Source: Erysipelotrichales bacterium (GTDB lineage Bacteria > Bacillota_I > Bacilli_A > RFN20 > CAG-826). From it: a stretch of 64,000 nucleotides of DNA. A program made the translations under genes and the position numbers. This document shows, one piece after another, positions 9,508-19,947 of the stretch (positions are counted from its first letter, which is position 1; each line of letters starts with the position of its first letter). The DNA lies in assembly GCA_022508535.1 (NCBI GenBank), contig JAFLUZ010000002.1, forward strand, positions 63,379 to 127,378, in the 5' to 3' direction. The notes under the pieces are model-generated. The model was not told the DNA's origin and did not search any database. It saw only the letters and a program-made list of their open reading frames with translations.

Positions 9508-10854
9508 TTATCCCACCAATACCTTTCCTTCTGGTTTTCTTAACATTTCACTTGTTTTATCTTTAAACAATAAATCAAATAATGTAAACGCCCCAAGTCG
9601 TCCAAAATACATCAGTATTATCAAAACAATTTTTGTTAAAACCGATGCTTTTGCCGTAACTCCAATTGTTAAACCTACAGTTCCAATCGCAGAGACAACT
9701 TCAAACAATGTTTCCTCTAATGTGAATGGCTGAGCCGCACTAATAATGATTGTAGCAAGAATTGTTATAGATAAATACGCTAATAATAAAGCACTCGATT
9801 GTTTTATAATTTTATTAGGAATTGCTTGTTTCATGACTGTAACATCTTCTTGACCTTTGGCTATTGCAAATACATTAGCAAAGACAATAATTGCTGTTGT
9901 TACTTTAATACCACCAGCCGTTGATCCGGAGTTACCACCAATAAACATTAATAAGATTGTTAATAGTTTACCTGATCCTGTCAACTCATTTAAATCAAGT
10001 GCATTAAATCCTGCCGTTCTTGGACTAATAGATAAGAACAAAGAATTTAATATTTTTTCTGGCAAACTCAAATCATAGAAAGTTCCGCTTCTTCCGATAT
10101 TTGTAAACTCAAATATAAAGAAGAAAATTGTAGGAACGAGAATCAATATACCATTCCACACTAGAACAATTTTTGTATGAAGATTAAATTTTTGAAACTT
10201 AAATTTTTTATCCCACATATCACTCCATACAATGAATCCTAATCCTCCAATTACGATTAAGGTTGATAATGTAAGGAGTATTCCAAAATTGTTATAGAAC
10301 GGAGTGAGTGAGCCTCCACTAGATCCGACAATATCAAATCCCGCATTACAAAAAGCAGAAATAGAATGGAATATTCCCATATAAATAGACCTATCACCAT
10401 ATCCATCTTTATAAAAGAATATCGCAAGTAAAATAGCTCCAATCCCTTCAAATCCAAGTGTTCCAATAATGATTTTCTTCATCAAAGGAATTACCTCAGA
10501 AATTGTAATTGTTCCTGCCGACTGCATTAAAACAGTTTGATTATATAAACGAATATTTCGTTTAAAGGCCATAAATATTAAGGTGATGATGGTCATGAAT
10601 CCTAATCCACCTATTTGAATTAAAATAATGATAATTACTTGTCCAATAGTAGTCCAACTACTAAAAGTATCAACTGTTACAAGTCCTGTAACACATGTTG
10701 CACTAGTGGCGGTAAACAAAGCATCTAAAAAAGAAATAGAAACTCCATCTTTAGAAGAAAACGGCATTAACAAAAGAATAGTTCCTAATAATATAGCAAC
10801 TAAATATCCTAGTGATAAAAGATGTATTGCCGAGAGATTCTTTCTTTTTTTCAT
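9508..10854 (-). CDS. ktrB: K+ transporter membrane subunit (KtrB/TrkH family)
   Basis: 448 aa with repeated selectivity-filter-like GLGF, NAGF, GGLGF and TAGGIK motifs and at least eight TM helices. Confidence 0.75.
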   Translation of the reverse strand: MKKRKNLSAIHLLSLGYLVAILLGTILLLMPFSSKDGVSISFLDALFTATSATCVTGLVTVDTFSSWTTIGQVIIIILIQIGGLGFMTIITLIFMAFKRNIRLYNQTVLMQSAGTITISEVIPLMKKIIIGTLGFEGIGAILLAIFFYKDGYGDRSIYMGIFHSISAFCNAGFDIVGSSGGSLTPFYNNFGILLTLSTLIVIGGLGFIVWSDMWDKKFKFQKFNLHTKIVLVWNGILILVPTIFFFIFEFTNIGRSGTFYDLSLPEKILNSLFLSISPRTAGFNALDLNELTGSGKLLTILLMFIGGNSGSTAGGIKVTTAIIVFANVFAIAKGQEDVTVMKQAIPNKIIKQSSALLLAYLSITILATIIISAAQPFTLEETLFEVVSAIGTVGLTIGVTAKASVLTKIVLIILMYFGRLGAFTLFDLLFKDKTSEMLRKPEGKVLVG

Positions 10855-10872
10855 TTACTTTACCTTAAAAGA

Positions 10873-11613
10873 TTATCTTTTTCCGTAAGTTGTTTCTACA
10901 TATTTCTTTTGAATTGATAACATTCTTTTGCTAATACTAGCAAGTTTAGTTAGATCATGTTCAAAAAGATTTTTTACTGAATTTTCTAGATTTTCAAGTG
11001 TGTTTTTCTTCATGTCAATTGCGTTAATACTATTTATTACCATATTGCATTCATCTAATAATTCAGTATTATCAATGTTATTATCAAGAGACATATTTTC
11101 AATAATATAGCGAATCGAATATAAATGTCCCCTTACTTTAAATAACAACTTATATATTTGTTTTTTCTTTTTATGATCTTTCATATTTTCATTTTTAAAA
11201 ACTTTCTCAAATCTTTCTTTATATAAAAGTAGCTTTGATATTTTTTCTTCTGTAGACTCAATACTTCCTACTAATTTATTTGTTTTAAAACTGATCAAAT
11301 ATACTACTCCTAAAACAATTGCAATAATTGGAACATAAAAATAAGGGAGTAAAAAGAATCCTTTTTGTTTTTCTCCACCTTCATTTGATGAATCATCAGC
11401 TTCAGTAGAAGTTGAAGTATCTCCATCATTTTCTAAATATTTGACAAATTTAATATCATAATCCTTTTCTTTAGAAACTAAACTATGCTCATTTTGAGCA
11501 TTAACGAATTTAATTTCTTCTTCTTTTACATTCTCCTTAAACTCAACTTTATTTAATGAACAGCAAAAGAATAGTGCACCTACAATGGCAAATAATTTAA
11601 ATGACTTTTTCAT
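10873..11613 (-). CDS. hypothetical membrane protein (signal peptide, one TM helix, cytoplasmic coiled-coil tail)
   Basis: N-terminal MKKSFKLFAIVGALFFCCSL, an acidic S/T-rich region and a central TM helix. Confidence 0.4.
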   Translation of the reverse strand: MKKSFKLFAIVGALFFCCSLNKVEFKENVKEEEIKFVNAQNEHSLVSKEKDYDIKFVKYLENDGDTSTSTEADDSSNEGGEKQKGFFLLPYFYVPIIAIVLGVVYLISFKTNKLVGSIESTEEKISKLLLYKERFEKVFKNENMKDHKKKKQIYKLLFKVRGHLYSIRYIIENMSLDNNIDNTELLDECNMVINSINAIDMKKNTLENLENSVKNLFEHDLTKLASISKRMLSIQKKYVETTYGKR

Positions 11614-12446
11614 TATTTATCACCATCCTTATTATCGTTTATCATATGAATATCAAGTTGATTAAATGGAATTGTAATATTGTTTTCTTTAAATGCATCA
11701 AAAACTTTTCTTGGTAAATCATAGTTCACATCCCAATAATCACTAGTGTTAACCCAAACACGAACAGAATATTCCAAGCTTGATTCTCCGTGATTAGCTA
11801 AGAATATTTTTGATTTTGGTTTAGATAAAACTCTCTTATCAGCTTTTACCACTTCATTAAGAACTTTTTCAACTTTATCAAGATCAGATTCATATGCAAC
11901 AGTAAAAGCTAGAGTTAGTCTTCTTGTTGGTAAAGAAGTGAAGTTTGTAATTGTGCAGTTTACCATTTTAGAATTTGGAACAATAATTCTCTTGTTATCA
12001 GCGGAGATTATTTCACTAGTTAATAACTTAATATTAATAATTTTTCCTTCTGCTCCATCAACTTCAATGTGATCCCCTCTTCTAAATGGTTTATTAAAAA
12101 TAATAATAATTCCATTTGCAAGGTTAGCTAATGAATCTTTTAACGCTAAAGCAACTGCAAGAGCGATTGATGAAAATCCCACCAATAATGAAGATGTAGA
12201 AATCGATAAAATACTTGCAATAACAAATATTGTTATAACCCATAAGGTTAACTTAGTAATTGCCAAATAGAATGATACCGCTGTACCATCAACACCACTT
12301 TTTAATAAAATCTTATTCATAATAAGACAAATTACTTTAATCATAACTATAGCAATTACAACAACACTTATTGCTAAAATAAGTGGCCATAAATTGCTTT
12401 CAAAAAACTCATAAAACGAATCCCAAATAGTTGCAAAACTTAACAT
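11613..12446 (-). CDS. small-conductance mechanosensitive channel (MscS family)
   Basis: Three N-terminal TM helices followed by the MscS beta-domain pattern (FRRGDHIEVDGAEGKIINIKLLTSEII). Confidence 0.7.
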   Translation of the reverse strand: MLSFATIWDSFYEFFESNLWPLILAISVVVIAIVMIKVICLIMNKILLKSGVDGTAVSFYLAITKLTLWVITIFVIASILSISTSSLLVGFSSIALAVALALKDSLANLANGIIIIFNKPFRRGDHIEVDGAEGKIINIKLLTSEIISADNKRIIVPNSKMVNCTITNFTSLPTRRLTLAFTVAYESDLDKVEKVLNEVVKADKRVLSKPKSKIFLANHGESSLEYSVRVWVNTSDYWDVNYDLPRKVFDAFKENNITIPFNQLDIHMINDNKDGDK

Positions 12447-12460
12447 TATTTTTCCTCCTT

Positions 12461-14275
12461 TTAAATAACATTTATTGTAATGGTTTTCCCACCATAATCA
12501 ATTGTTTCAAAGGCAATTGTAAATGTACCTTTATAGCCATAACGTAATGATATAGCATATCCTTCAAAATCACCTTCCGAAGTTTCAGTAGCAGATTGAT
12601 AATAAATTCCATTGTAATCTGATTCTTTTAAAGATACTAACACATTAAAATCATTTTCAACATCAATTTCAGTATTACATTTAATTAAGAAAGTTATAAA
12701 TCCATATACCGCGTCATAATTACAAGTATATTCACTACCTTTATAAATTCTCTCTTCATAATTCTCATAATCATATTCATAAACATATACTTCGAAATCT
12801 TCTGTAATTGGAGCTGGTTCTATAATAATCTTTATAAAATCATAAATATAATCATCAATCGTAGTGCCATTTTTTATGACATATACCATAAACTCGCCAA
12901 CACCAGCAAAAGTAATTGAAATTTTGTTACCTTCTTTTTCAGGTGTTAATAGTGTAATATCGCTCTTTTCATAAGCAAATTTAAATTGATTAATACCAGA
13001 TCCAAAATCATAGTCAGTAGCAAGAATGATATCAGGATTTCCGCCACTAGAATCTCGTGATAATTTATTGCTTGGTATTCTAATTACTTTTGTACCATTT
13101 TCTTCTTCAACAACCAAATCCTTGACATAAGAATTTTCATCAATATAAATACCTGTTAAATTTCCAGGTGTATATTTAATAATGGCGAAGTCACTTGCTT
13201 CATATTTTCCATAATTGTCGATTGCTTGAACTTTTATCGTATTAACAATACCGTCTAATATTGCTTCCAAAATAACATCAACATTTGAATATTCACTATT
13301 ACCACATATGATATTAAAATCATTTAACATCAAGCGATATGCACTTGCATGTTCTACACTATTCCAAGTAATTTTCCAATGTAAATCATCGAATTGGAGA
13401 TTGGTTGGTACTGCTAATTTGCCCTCTGTTGGAGTTGTAGGCTTATCTGGCTCTTCTGGTTTATCAGGATTAACTGGTTCAGTTCCTTTAATACTATCAT
13501 CACCACTATTATTTCCTTTTAAGCTAATACCGCCAAAAGCAACATTATAATAATTACCAAGTTCATCATGAGGTGATGATGAATATATTAACTTAACTTG
13601 TGTTATACCCGGCCCCTCTAAAAGTAAGCTATAGTCACCAACTGTTACGCTATCAGTTCTTAATATGCCATCTGCAGCTACTACTGTTCCAGAACTATTT
13701 AACCCATATAAAGAGAATGAAAAATCGTTATCACCAACATTATCTAAATTACCTTTTGTATTTAAAGCGCGAATATTTATTTTTACTTCAATATGGTTCT
13801 TACTTTCAAAAGTATTAGATAATAGACCATCACCAACATATTGAAATTTTAGACCGCCATTACTATAATATTGTTCTTTTGTTTCAGGTTTTGGTCCTTT
13901 AATAAATGACCATCCACTAGGTAAACTACCACGTATTTCTCCACCACCAAGTTCAACTAATTCATTAGGATCAACACTTGGAATACTTGATGTAGAATCA
14001 TCTGGTTTGGTAGAAGGTGGAATTGTACTTGTTTGATTATTAGAAGGTTCTAAAGAACTGGATGGAGCATTACTTGCTTCCGATTTAGAGTTTTTGCTTG
14101 AATCTTCAGGGATTGACGAAGTGCTTTCGCTATCCTTTGAATTTTCTGAAGGTAATGTAGTGCTTACAGGTACATTAACAGAATTTGCATTAGAACCGTC
14201 TGTATTATCACTTTGATTATTAACACTACAAGCACTTAGCAAAAGTACCAGTAATAACAAATAACTTTTCTTCAT
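12461..14275 (-). CDS. surface lipoprotein with an S/T/P-rich linker and an Fn3-like segment
   Basis: Lipobox LLSACSV; long low-complexity Ser/Thr/Pro region; WxxxW and Y pattern resembling fibronectin type III. Confidence 0.5.
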   Translation of the reverse strand: MKKSYLLLLVLLLSACSVNNQSDNTDGSNANSVNVPVSTTLPSENSKDSESTSSIPEDSSKNSKSEASNAPSSSLEPSNNQTSTIPPSTKPDDSTSSIPSVDPNELVELGGGEIRGSLPSGWSFIKGPKPETKEQYYSNGGLKFQYVGDGLLSNTFESKNHIEVKINIRALNTKGNLDNVGDNDFSFSLYGLNSSGTVVAADGILRTDSVTVGDYSLLLEGPGITQVKLIYSSSPHDELGNYYNVAFGGISLKGNNSGDDSIKGTEPVNPDKPEEPDKPTTPTEGKLAVPTNLQFDDLHWKITWNSVEHASAYRLMLNDFNIICGNSEYSNVDVILEAILDGIVNTIKVQAIDNYGKYEASDFAIIKYTPGNLTGIYIDENSYVKDLVVEEENGTKVIRIPSNKLSRDSSGGNPDIILATDYDFGSGINQFKFAYEKSDITLLTPEKEGNKISITFAGVGEFMVYVIKNGTTIDDYIYDFIKIIIEPAPITEDFEVYVYEYDYENYEERIYKGSEYTCNYDAVYGFITFLIKCNTEIDVENDFNVLVSLKESDYNGIYYQSATETSEGDFEGYAISLRYGYKGTFTIAFETIDYGGKTITINVI

Positions 14276-14494
14276 TGAAATCTCCTAACATATTATAGTT
14301 AACTATAATATCGACTAATACTATTGTATCATTACTGAAATTATTATCAATGAAAATTATTTAGATACTTATTAAACTATGATAACATCAATATATTTTA
14401 TTATTTCTTTAGTCAATGTCTATAAATAGTAGAAAATTAGTATACAAATTCATTTTACAATTAGATAAAATAATTAAAAAAGAAGGTAGAGTTT

Positions 14495-15082
14495 ATGGAA
14501 CAAGTATCAAAAACAGGTTGGATTGAAATAATTTGTGGCCCAATGTTTGCAGGCAAATCAGAAGAATTAATAAGAAGAGTAAAAAGGTTAGAATACGCCA
14601 AAAAGAATACGCTCGTATTTAAACCAAAAATGGATAATCGTTATTCTGAAGATGAGATTGTCTCACATTCAAAACTACATACAAAATCTATTAATATTGA
14701 AAAAGCTAGTGATATTTATAAATACATTAAAAGTGGCAATAAAATTGACGCTATCGTTATTGATGAAGTGCAATTTTTAGATAGTGAAATAGTAGAAATA
14801 TGTAGTGATTTAGCCGATAAAGGAATTCGTGTAATTGCTGCGGGTTTAGACATGGATTTTAGAGGAGAACCGTTCAAAAACGTGCCAGAATTATTGGCAA
14901 AAGCTGAATATATTACAAAATTGACGGCAATTTGTGTAAAATGTGGTGCACCAGCAACTATGACACAACGCATTGTGAATGGTGAACCAGCAAAAAAAGA
15001 TGATCCAATAGTTATTGTTGGAGCAAGCGAATGTTACGAACCACGTTGTAGACATTGTCATGAATTAAAAAATAGCAGATGA
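14495..15082 (+). CDS. tdk: thymidine kinase
   Basis: GPMFAGKSEELIRR P-loop, VIDEVQF motif and a C-terminal CxxC...CxxC zinc site. Confidence 0.9.
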   Translation: MEQVSKTGWIEIICGPMFAGKSEELIRRVKRLEYAKKNTLVFKPKMDNRYSEDEIVSHSKLHTKSINIEKASDIYKYIKSGNKIDAIVIDEVQFLDSEIVEICSDLADKGIRVIAAGLDMDFRGEPFKNVPELLAKAEYITKLTAICVKCGAPATMTQRIVNGEPAKKDDPIVIVGASECYEPRCRHCHELKNSR

Positions 15083-15109
15083 TGCGATTAGTCATCTGCT
15101 ATTTTATTT
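15074..15109. terminator. bidirectional rho-independent terminator shared by tdk and the convergent LysM-GH18 gene
   Basis: Perfect 9-bp stem agcagatga/tcatctgct with a 9-nt loop and a T-run at 15101-15109. The hairpin overlaps both stop codons. Confidence 0.65.
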
Positions 15110-16380
15110 ATAATATAAAGAGATGTTACAATCTCAAATATCGGAGCGTAATACTTATTTAAAGTCCAAATACTTATACCTGCTAAATCATATTCTTGGA
15201 TTAACAGTGATTTAGCATATATACTTCTTGCGTCTGAAAAATAGACAATATGATCAACACCATTTTCTTTATATTTAAAATATGGTGCTTGTTGATATTC
15301 ATCGTATTGAATTACTGTATGCATTTTCTTGGCAAGTGCAGGCATATCGCGATTCGCTACTGATTTTGCTTTTGATTTTCCTTTGACATATGGAAGTGTA
15401 AAGTCATAACCATAATTTGGATAACCTAGCATTATCTTATTTTTCGGAATCACAGTTATGGCATATTCTATGACACGCTTTACCTCTTTTATTGGGGAAA
15501 CCGCCATTGGAGGGCCATAAGTATATCCCCATTCATAGGTCATAAGTATGACATAATCTGCGATATTTCCGATTCTTCGATAGTCGTGTGCCTCATATAA
15601 TAAGCCCTTTTGACTTGAAGAATATTTAGGAGCAACTGCAACAAACAATAAGAAATTTCCTGCATTTTTTATTGCTTTTTTTAGCTTTTCTAAAAATTGC
15701 ACATAAAGATCAACGTCAATTGGTAAAATATATTCAAAATCAACAACTAATCCCGTGTATATTTCTTGTTTTAATTTATTAGCAATATCTTGAAAAAGTT
15801 TTTCTTGTTTTTCATTACTTTTCAACAACATGTCTGCATATTCAGAAGAAAATGATCCTTTTTCATTTTGATTTGTAATGACCATAAGTGGGCTTGATTC
15901 ATATTTTTCTGTCAAACGCACTAATCGATTATCTGGTATATCTGTTAAATTTCCATTCTCATCATAACGGTAAGTAAAAATTGATAAGAAAGATAAATCT
16001 GTTAAAGCATTAGCAACTTCTTCTGAGCTACTTGTATAATACGCAAAACCATTTAACAATATATTTTTGCGATTTTCTTCATTTGGTTCGACAGTCAACT
16101 TTTGACCCACTACCAAACGATATGGAGGAGTCAAGGATGGATTTATATCTAATAACTCTTGTAAAGGGATGTTATATTTACGTGCAATTGATGATAAAGT
16201 ATCACCTTTTTGCACTATATAAACAGAATTCAGGTTTTGTAAGATTATTAATGCTTCACCAACTACTAAAGTATTAGGATCCGCAATATCGTTTATTTCT
16301 ATAAGAGTATTGACATCCATGCCAAACTTTCTTGCAATAGAACTGAGAGTGTCACCAGGTTTCACCACATAAATAAACAT
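15088..16380 (-). CDS. LysM-domain glycoside hydrolase family 18 protein (YaaH/SleL-like peptidoglycan hydrolase)
   Basis: Two N-terminal LysM repeats (YVVKPGDTLSSIARKFG..., YIVQKGDTLSSIARKYN...) and a GH18 catalytic motif GLVVDFEYI (DxE). Confidence 0.7.
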   Translation of the reverse strand: MFIYVVKPGDTLSSIARKFGMDVNTLIEINDIADPNTLVVGEALIILQNLNSVYIVQKGDTLSSIARKYNIPLQELLDINPSLTPPYRLVVGQKLTVEPNEENRKNILLNGFAYYTSSSEEVANALTDLSFLSIFTYRYDENGNLTDIPDNRLVRLTEKYESSPLMVITNQNEKGSFSSEYADMLLKSNEKQEKLFQDIANKLKQEIYTGLVVDFEYILPIDVDLYVQFLEKLKKAIKNAGNFLLFVAVAPKYSSSQKGLLYEAHDYRRIGNIADYVILMTYEWGYTYGPPMAVSPIKEVKRVIEYAITVIPKNKIMLGYPNYGYDFTLPYVKGKSKAKSVANRDMPALAKKMHTVIQYDEYQQAPYFKYKENGVDHIVYFSDARSIYAKSLLIQEYDLAGISIWTLNKYYAPIFEIVTSLYIINKIADD

Positions 16381-16488
16381 TTATATCACCCATTTATTTC
16401 TATGCCTTAGCCCAAAAAAGTGTGATACTAAAGTTAATAACATTGAAAGTCAGCCTAGTTTATGATAAAGTATTTACATTATTAGGAG

Positions 16489-17517
16489 TTGATTGCAATG
16501 CCTGACGGGCCTTGGCCGTATATTATTATTGTTCTATTATTAATATTTGGAAGTTTCTTTGCTGCAAGCGAAACTGCGTTTAGTTCATGTAATCGCGTTA
16601 AATTGCGTGTCTTAGCTGACGATGGAAACAAATTAGCAGCTAGAGCAGAAAAAATTGCAGAAAGCTTCGATAAATATTTAGTTGCAATCCTAATAGGCAC
16701 AAACATTGTAAGCGTTCTAACTTCAATGCTTGCCACAAACATATTCATTAAATTAATTTCTAATGATAATACTGCTTCTATTGTAGCAACTATTGTCACT
16801 ACTATTATTGTTTATATTTTTGTAGAATCTGTACCAAAATGTATTGCTCGAGCAAATGCCAATAAATTTGCTTTATTTTCCGCGCGCATTTTATATATTT
16901 TTTATATCATAACTTATCCTATTGGATTGATTTTTGTCGGTTTAAATAAATTATTTGAAATAATTTTTAGAGTCAAGGAAACTCCAGAAATAACTGAAGA
17001 TGACTTTACGAATGTAATTGAAGACATTGAAGACAAAGGAATCATTGAAGAAGAAGAATCAGATATCATTCAATCTGCTTTAGATTTTGGCGAAACAAAA
17101 GTTCGTGAAGTTTTAACTCCGCTTGAAAAAATGTTTGCGATTGATATAGATAAAATAAATCATGAATCACTTAATGAGATTATTATTAATACTTCTTACA
17201 CACGTATACCTGTTTATCGCAAAAATATCAACAATATTATTGGCATTTTGCACGTAAAACAATATTTATCATCTTATTTAAACAATAAAAAGACCTCTAT
17301 TCGAGGATTACTTTCTAAACCATATATTGTTACAGGTCAAATTACTATGGATAAGTTATTTGAAGGTTTTAAAAAGCATAAAACACATATTGCAATTGTG
17401 CGTAATAAAAATCACGAAACAATTGGCATGGTTACGATGGAAGACCTCTTAGAAGAACTCGTTGGTGATGTTGCAGAATCAAACAACGATTCAATCAAAA
17501 AAGGAGGTAAAAAATAA
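16489..17517 (+). CDS. CNNM/DUF21 plus CBS-pair membrane protein (HlyC/CorC family, lacking the C-terminal CorC domain)
   Basis: Four TM helices of DUF21 followed by two CBS domains. Confidence 0.7.
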   Translation: MIAMPDGPWPYIIIVLLLIFGSFFAASETAFSSCNRVKLRVLADDGNKLAARAEKIAESFDKYLVAILIGTNIVSVLTSMLATNIFIKLISNDNTASIVATIVTTIIVYIFVESVPKCIARANANKFALFSARILYIFYIITYPIGLIFVGLNKLFEIIFRVKETPEITEDDFTNVIEDIEDKGIIEEEESDIIQSALDFGETKVREVLTPLEKMFAIDIDKINHESLNEIIINTSYTRIPVYRKNINNIIGILHVKQYLSSYLNNKKTSIRGLLSKPYIVTGQITMDKLFEGFKKHKTHIAIVRNKNHETIGMVTMEDLLEELVGDVAESNNDSIKKGGKK

Positions 17518-18785
17518 TGCTTTTTTATTATATTGCTCTCCCTGTTTTGATAATATTATCAGGTTTTTTCTCTATGAGTGAAATCGCTCTTAACTCAGTT
17601 AATGTTCTAAAATTAAAAAAGGCTAGTGAAAATGGAGATAAAATGGCCAAACGTGCTTTAAATATTATTGATAATATTAATGAATCTGTATATTCAATAT
17701 TGTTTGGTAATGACTTCGTTAATATTTTTTCTACCTCTCTTGCTACAATTGTTGGTAATGCAATATTTGCAAATCTAAGTAACTCCAATTCTAATTTAAT
17801 TGTTTCAGCTGTAATGTTTATGGTTATTTTAACTTTTGGTGAAGTGTTACCAAAAACTATTGGTTTAAAATTCAATTATCAAATTGCAAGATTTGTATCT
17901 CTTCCTCTTAAAATTTTAATTATTATTCTTAAACCAATAATTTATGTCATTAATAAATTTGTGAACTTCATTGCAAAGCCATTTATCAAGAATAATGAAG
18001 CAGAAGAAATTATTACTGATGACGAATTAATAGAAATGGTTGAAACAATTGAGGAAGAAGGCGTAATTAATGAAAAACAAGGTGACCTTCTAAAATCAGC
18101 AATTGAATTTACCGATACTACCGTTTATGAAATTATGACTCCGCGTGTTAATGTTTATGCTTTAGATATTAATGAAGATAATGATAAGGTGTATAAGACT
18201 TCAGAATTTGCCACTTATTCAAGAGTCCCAATTTATGAGGACACTATTGATAACATTATTGGTGTTATAACTGTTAAACAAGTTTTAAAGCTTTGTCTAA
18301 AAGGTGAAAAAATCGATTTAAGAAAATTGATGCGCGAACCAATTTATGTCCATAAATCAAAGCAAATCTCTTCCATGCTAAAAGAATTTAAAGATACTAG
18401 AAACCACATCGCCGTAATTATTGATGAGTTTGGTGGTACAGAAGGTATTGTTACAATGGAGGACATCGTTGAAGAATTAGTAGGTGAAATTTGGGACGAA
18501 ACAGATGAAATAGAAGAGGATTACCAACAAAAAGGTGAAAACACCTATATTGTTGATGGATCAATGAATATTGATGATTTCTTTAATCTTGTTGGAATTG
18601 ATGAAGAAATAGAATCGGATTATACGACTGTTGGTGGATTTTGTATTGAACAATTAGAGCGATTTGCTCAGGTCGGCGATACATTTGATTTCAAGAATTT
18701 AATAATCAAAATTCTTGAAATTGATGAATTCACTGTAGAAAAAGTGAAAGTTATCGTAAATAAAGACGAAGAAGAAAATGATTAA
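17517..18785 (+). CDS. HlyC/CorC family transporter (DUF21 + CBS pair + CorC_HlyC domain)
   Basis: Paralog of the upstream gene, with an extra C-terminal transporter-associated domain. Its start overlaps the preceding stop. Confidence 0.75.
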   Translation: MLFYYIALPVLIILSGFFSMSEIALNSVNVLKLKKASENGDKMAKRALNIIDNINESVYSILFGNDFVNIFSTSLATIVGNAIFANLSNSNSNLIVSAVMFMVILTFGEVLPKTIGLKFNYQIARFVSLPLKILIIILKPIIYVINKFVNFIAKPFIKNNEAEEIITDDELIEMVETIEEEGVINEKQGDLLKSAIEFTDTTVYEIMTPRVNVYALDINEDNDKVYKTSEFATYSRVPIYEDTIDNIIGVITVKQVLKLCLKGEKIDLRKLMREPIYVHKSKQISSMLKEFKDTRNHIAVIIDEFGGTEGIVTMEDIVEELVGEIWDETDEIEEDYQQKGENTYIVDGSMNIDDFFNLVGIDEEIESDYTTVGGFCIEQLERFAQVGDTFDFKNLIIKILEIDEFTVEKVKVIVNKDEEEND

Positions 18786-18860
18786 TTATCATTTTCTTTT
18801 TTTTACTTAATTCTATTAAAAAAGGAAGCAAAAATTGATACAATAAAAAAGGTGATATAA

Positions 18861-19028
18861 ATGCTTCCATTAAGAGAAAACAAAAAATTAGTAGAAAGAC
18901 CGGAAAATGAGCCAAAACTTAATATGAACAATTCTGTTGACCGTAAGATTATCTTCACACTTATTGGTACAGCCGCAGTTATTTTAGTTCTTATTGTTTT
19001 AGCAATATTATTGTTCTTTAATGTGTAA
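18861..19028 (+). CDS. small membrane protein (55 aa)
   Basis: Not in the ORF track because it is under 60 aa. RBS aaaaggtga lies 7 nt upstream; the protein MLPLRENKK...IIFTLIGTAAVILVLIVLAILLFFNV has one TM helix. Confidence 0.35.
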   Translation: MLPLRENKKLVERPENEPKLNMNNSVDRKIIFTLIGTAAVILVLIVLAILLFFNV

Positions 19029-19947
19029 TATGAAAAAAATCGATTGCTATATCAAAGAGAAAATTAATAACTGTCATAATAAAATTGTAGTCATCACTGG
19101 AGCGAATTCTGGAATTGGCTATGAAACAATGAAAGTATTAGCTTCTAAAGGTGCACATATTGTTATGGCATGTCGAAGCATTGAAAGAGCAACTAAAGCT
19201 AAAAACAATGTCTTAAGCGAATTCCCAAATAGCCAAATAGACATTTTAGAATTTGATCAGTCATCTTTTAAATCTATTGATAACTTTATCAAAAATTTAA
19301 AAGAGGCTTATCCTCATATTGACGTTTTAATTTGTAATGCTGGAATTTATCACCCAAAAGAAGGTCAAATTACCGAAGATAATTTCCCACTGACTATTGG
19401 AACAAATTATCTTGGATTATTTTATTTAGTAGAAAAATTAAGAGATGGCTATCTTAATGATACGAAATTGATACTCGTCTCTTCTATAGTTTATAAATAT
19501 GCAAAAATTAAAGATTATAAATTTTTAAAAGAAGAAAATTACAGAGCATTTAAACAATATTCTCTATCAAAATTATGCATTGCAAGATACTTTGAATATT
19601 TAAACAACAACACAGATTTAAATATCTATTTAATGCACCCAGGAATATCTGCTACAAATATTTTTACATCACCAACCTCATCTTATAAAAGGTGGTTTAA
19701 AAACCTAGCAAATAAATTACTTCCTCTTTTGGTGCATTCACCAAAAAAAGCAGCACTTAGTTTATCTTTATTAAGTGCAAATGAGTATAAAAATCATACC
19801 TTTTTAGGTCCGCGTGGTCCTTTCGAAATTTCTGGTTATCCACGTGTACTTAAACTAAGAAAAAACGGTAGAAAAAACGCTGAAATTTTATATCAAAAAA
19901 CTAAAAACGCTATAAAGGATGGTGTTAATTATGTTGAGTGTAAATAA
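19021..19947 (+). CDS. short-chain dehydrogenase/reductase (SDR) family oxidoreductase
   Basis: TGANSGIGYET Rossmann motif and YSLSK (YxxxK) active site. The true start may be the ATG at 19030 (MKKIDCY), 2 nt after the stop of the small upstream ORF. Confidence 0.75.
   Translation: MCNMKKIDCYIKEKINNCHNKIVVITGANSGIGYETMKVLASKGAHIVMACRSIERATKAKNNVLSEFPNSQIDILEFDQSSFKSIDNFIKNLKEAYPHIDVLICNAGIYHPKEGQITEDNFPLTIGTNYLGLFYLVEKLRDGYLNDTKLILVSSIVYKYAKIKDYKFLKEENYRAFKQYSLSKLCIARYFEYLNNNTDLNIYLMHPGISATNIFTSPTSSYKRWFKNLANKLLPLLVHSPKKAALSLSLLSANEYKNHTFLGPRGPFEISGYPRVLKLRKNGRKNAEILYQKTKNAIKDGVNYVECK

Noticed and set aside
10855-10872. c-di-AMP (ydaO-type) riboswitch upstream of ktrAB
   Set aside because: Only 18 bp separate ktrB from the upstream gene. 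No GC-rich structured leader is present there or upstream of the operon's first gene.
16482-16799. 105-aa minus-strand ORF
   Set aside because: It overlaps the 5' end of the CNNM gene on the opposite strand; the CNNM reading has TM helices and CBS motifs, whereas this one has none.
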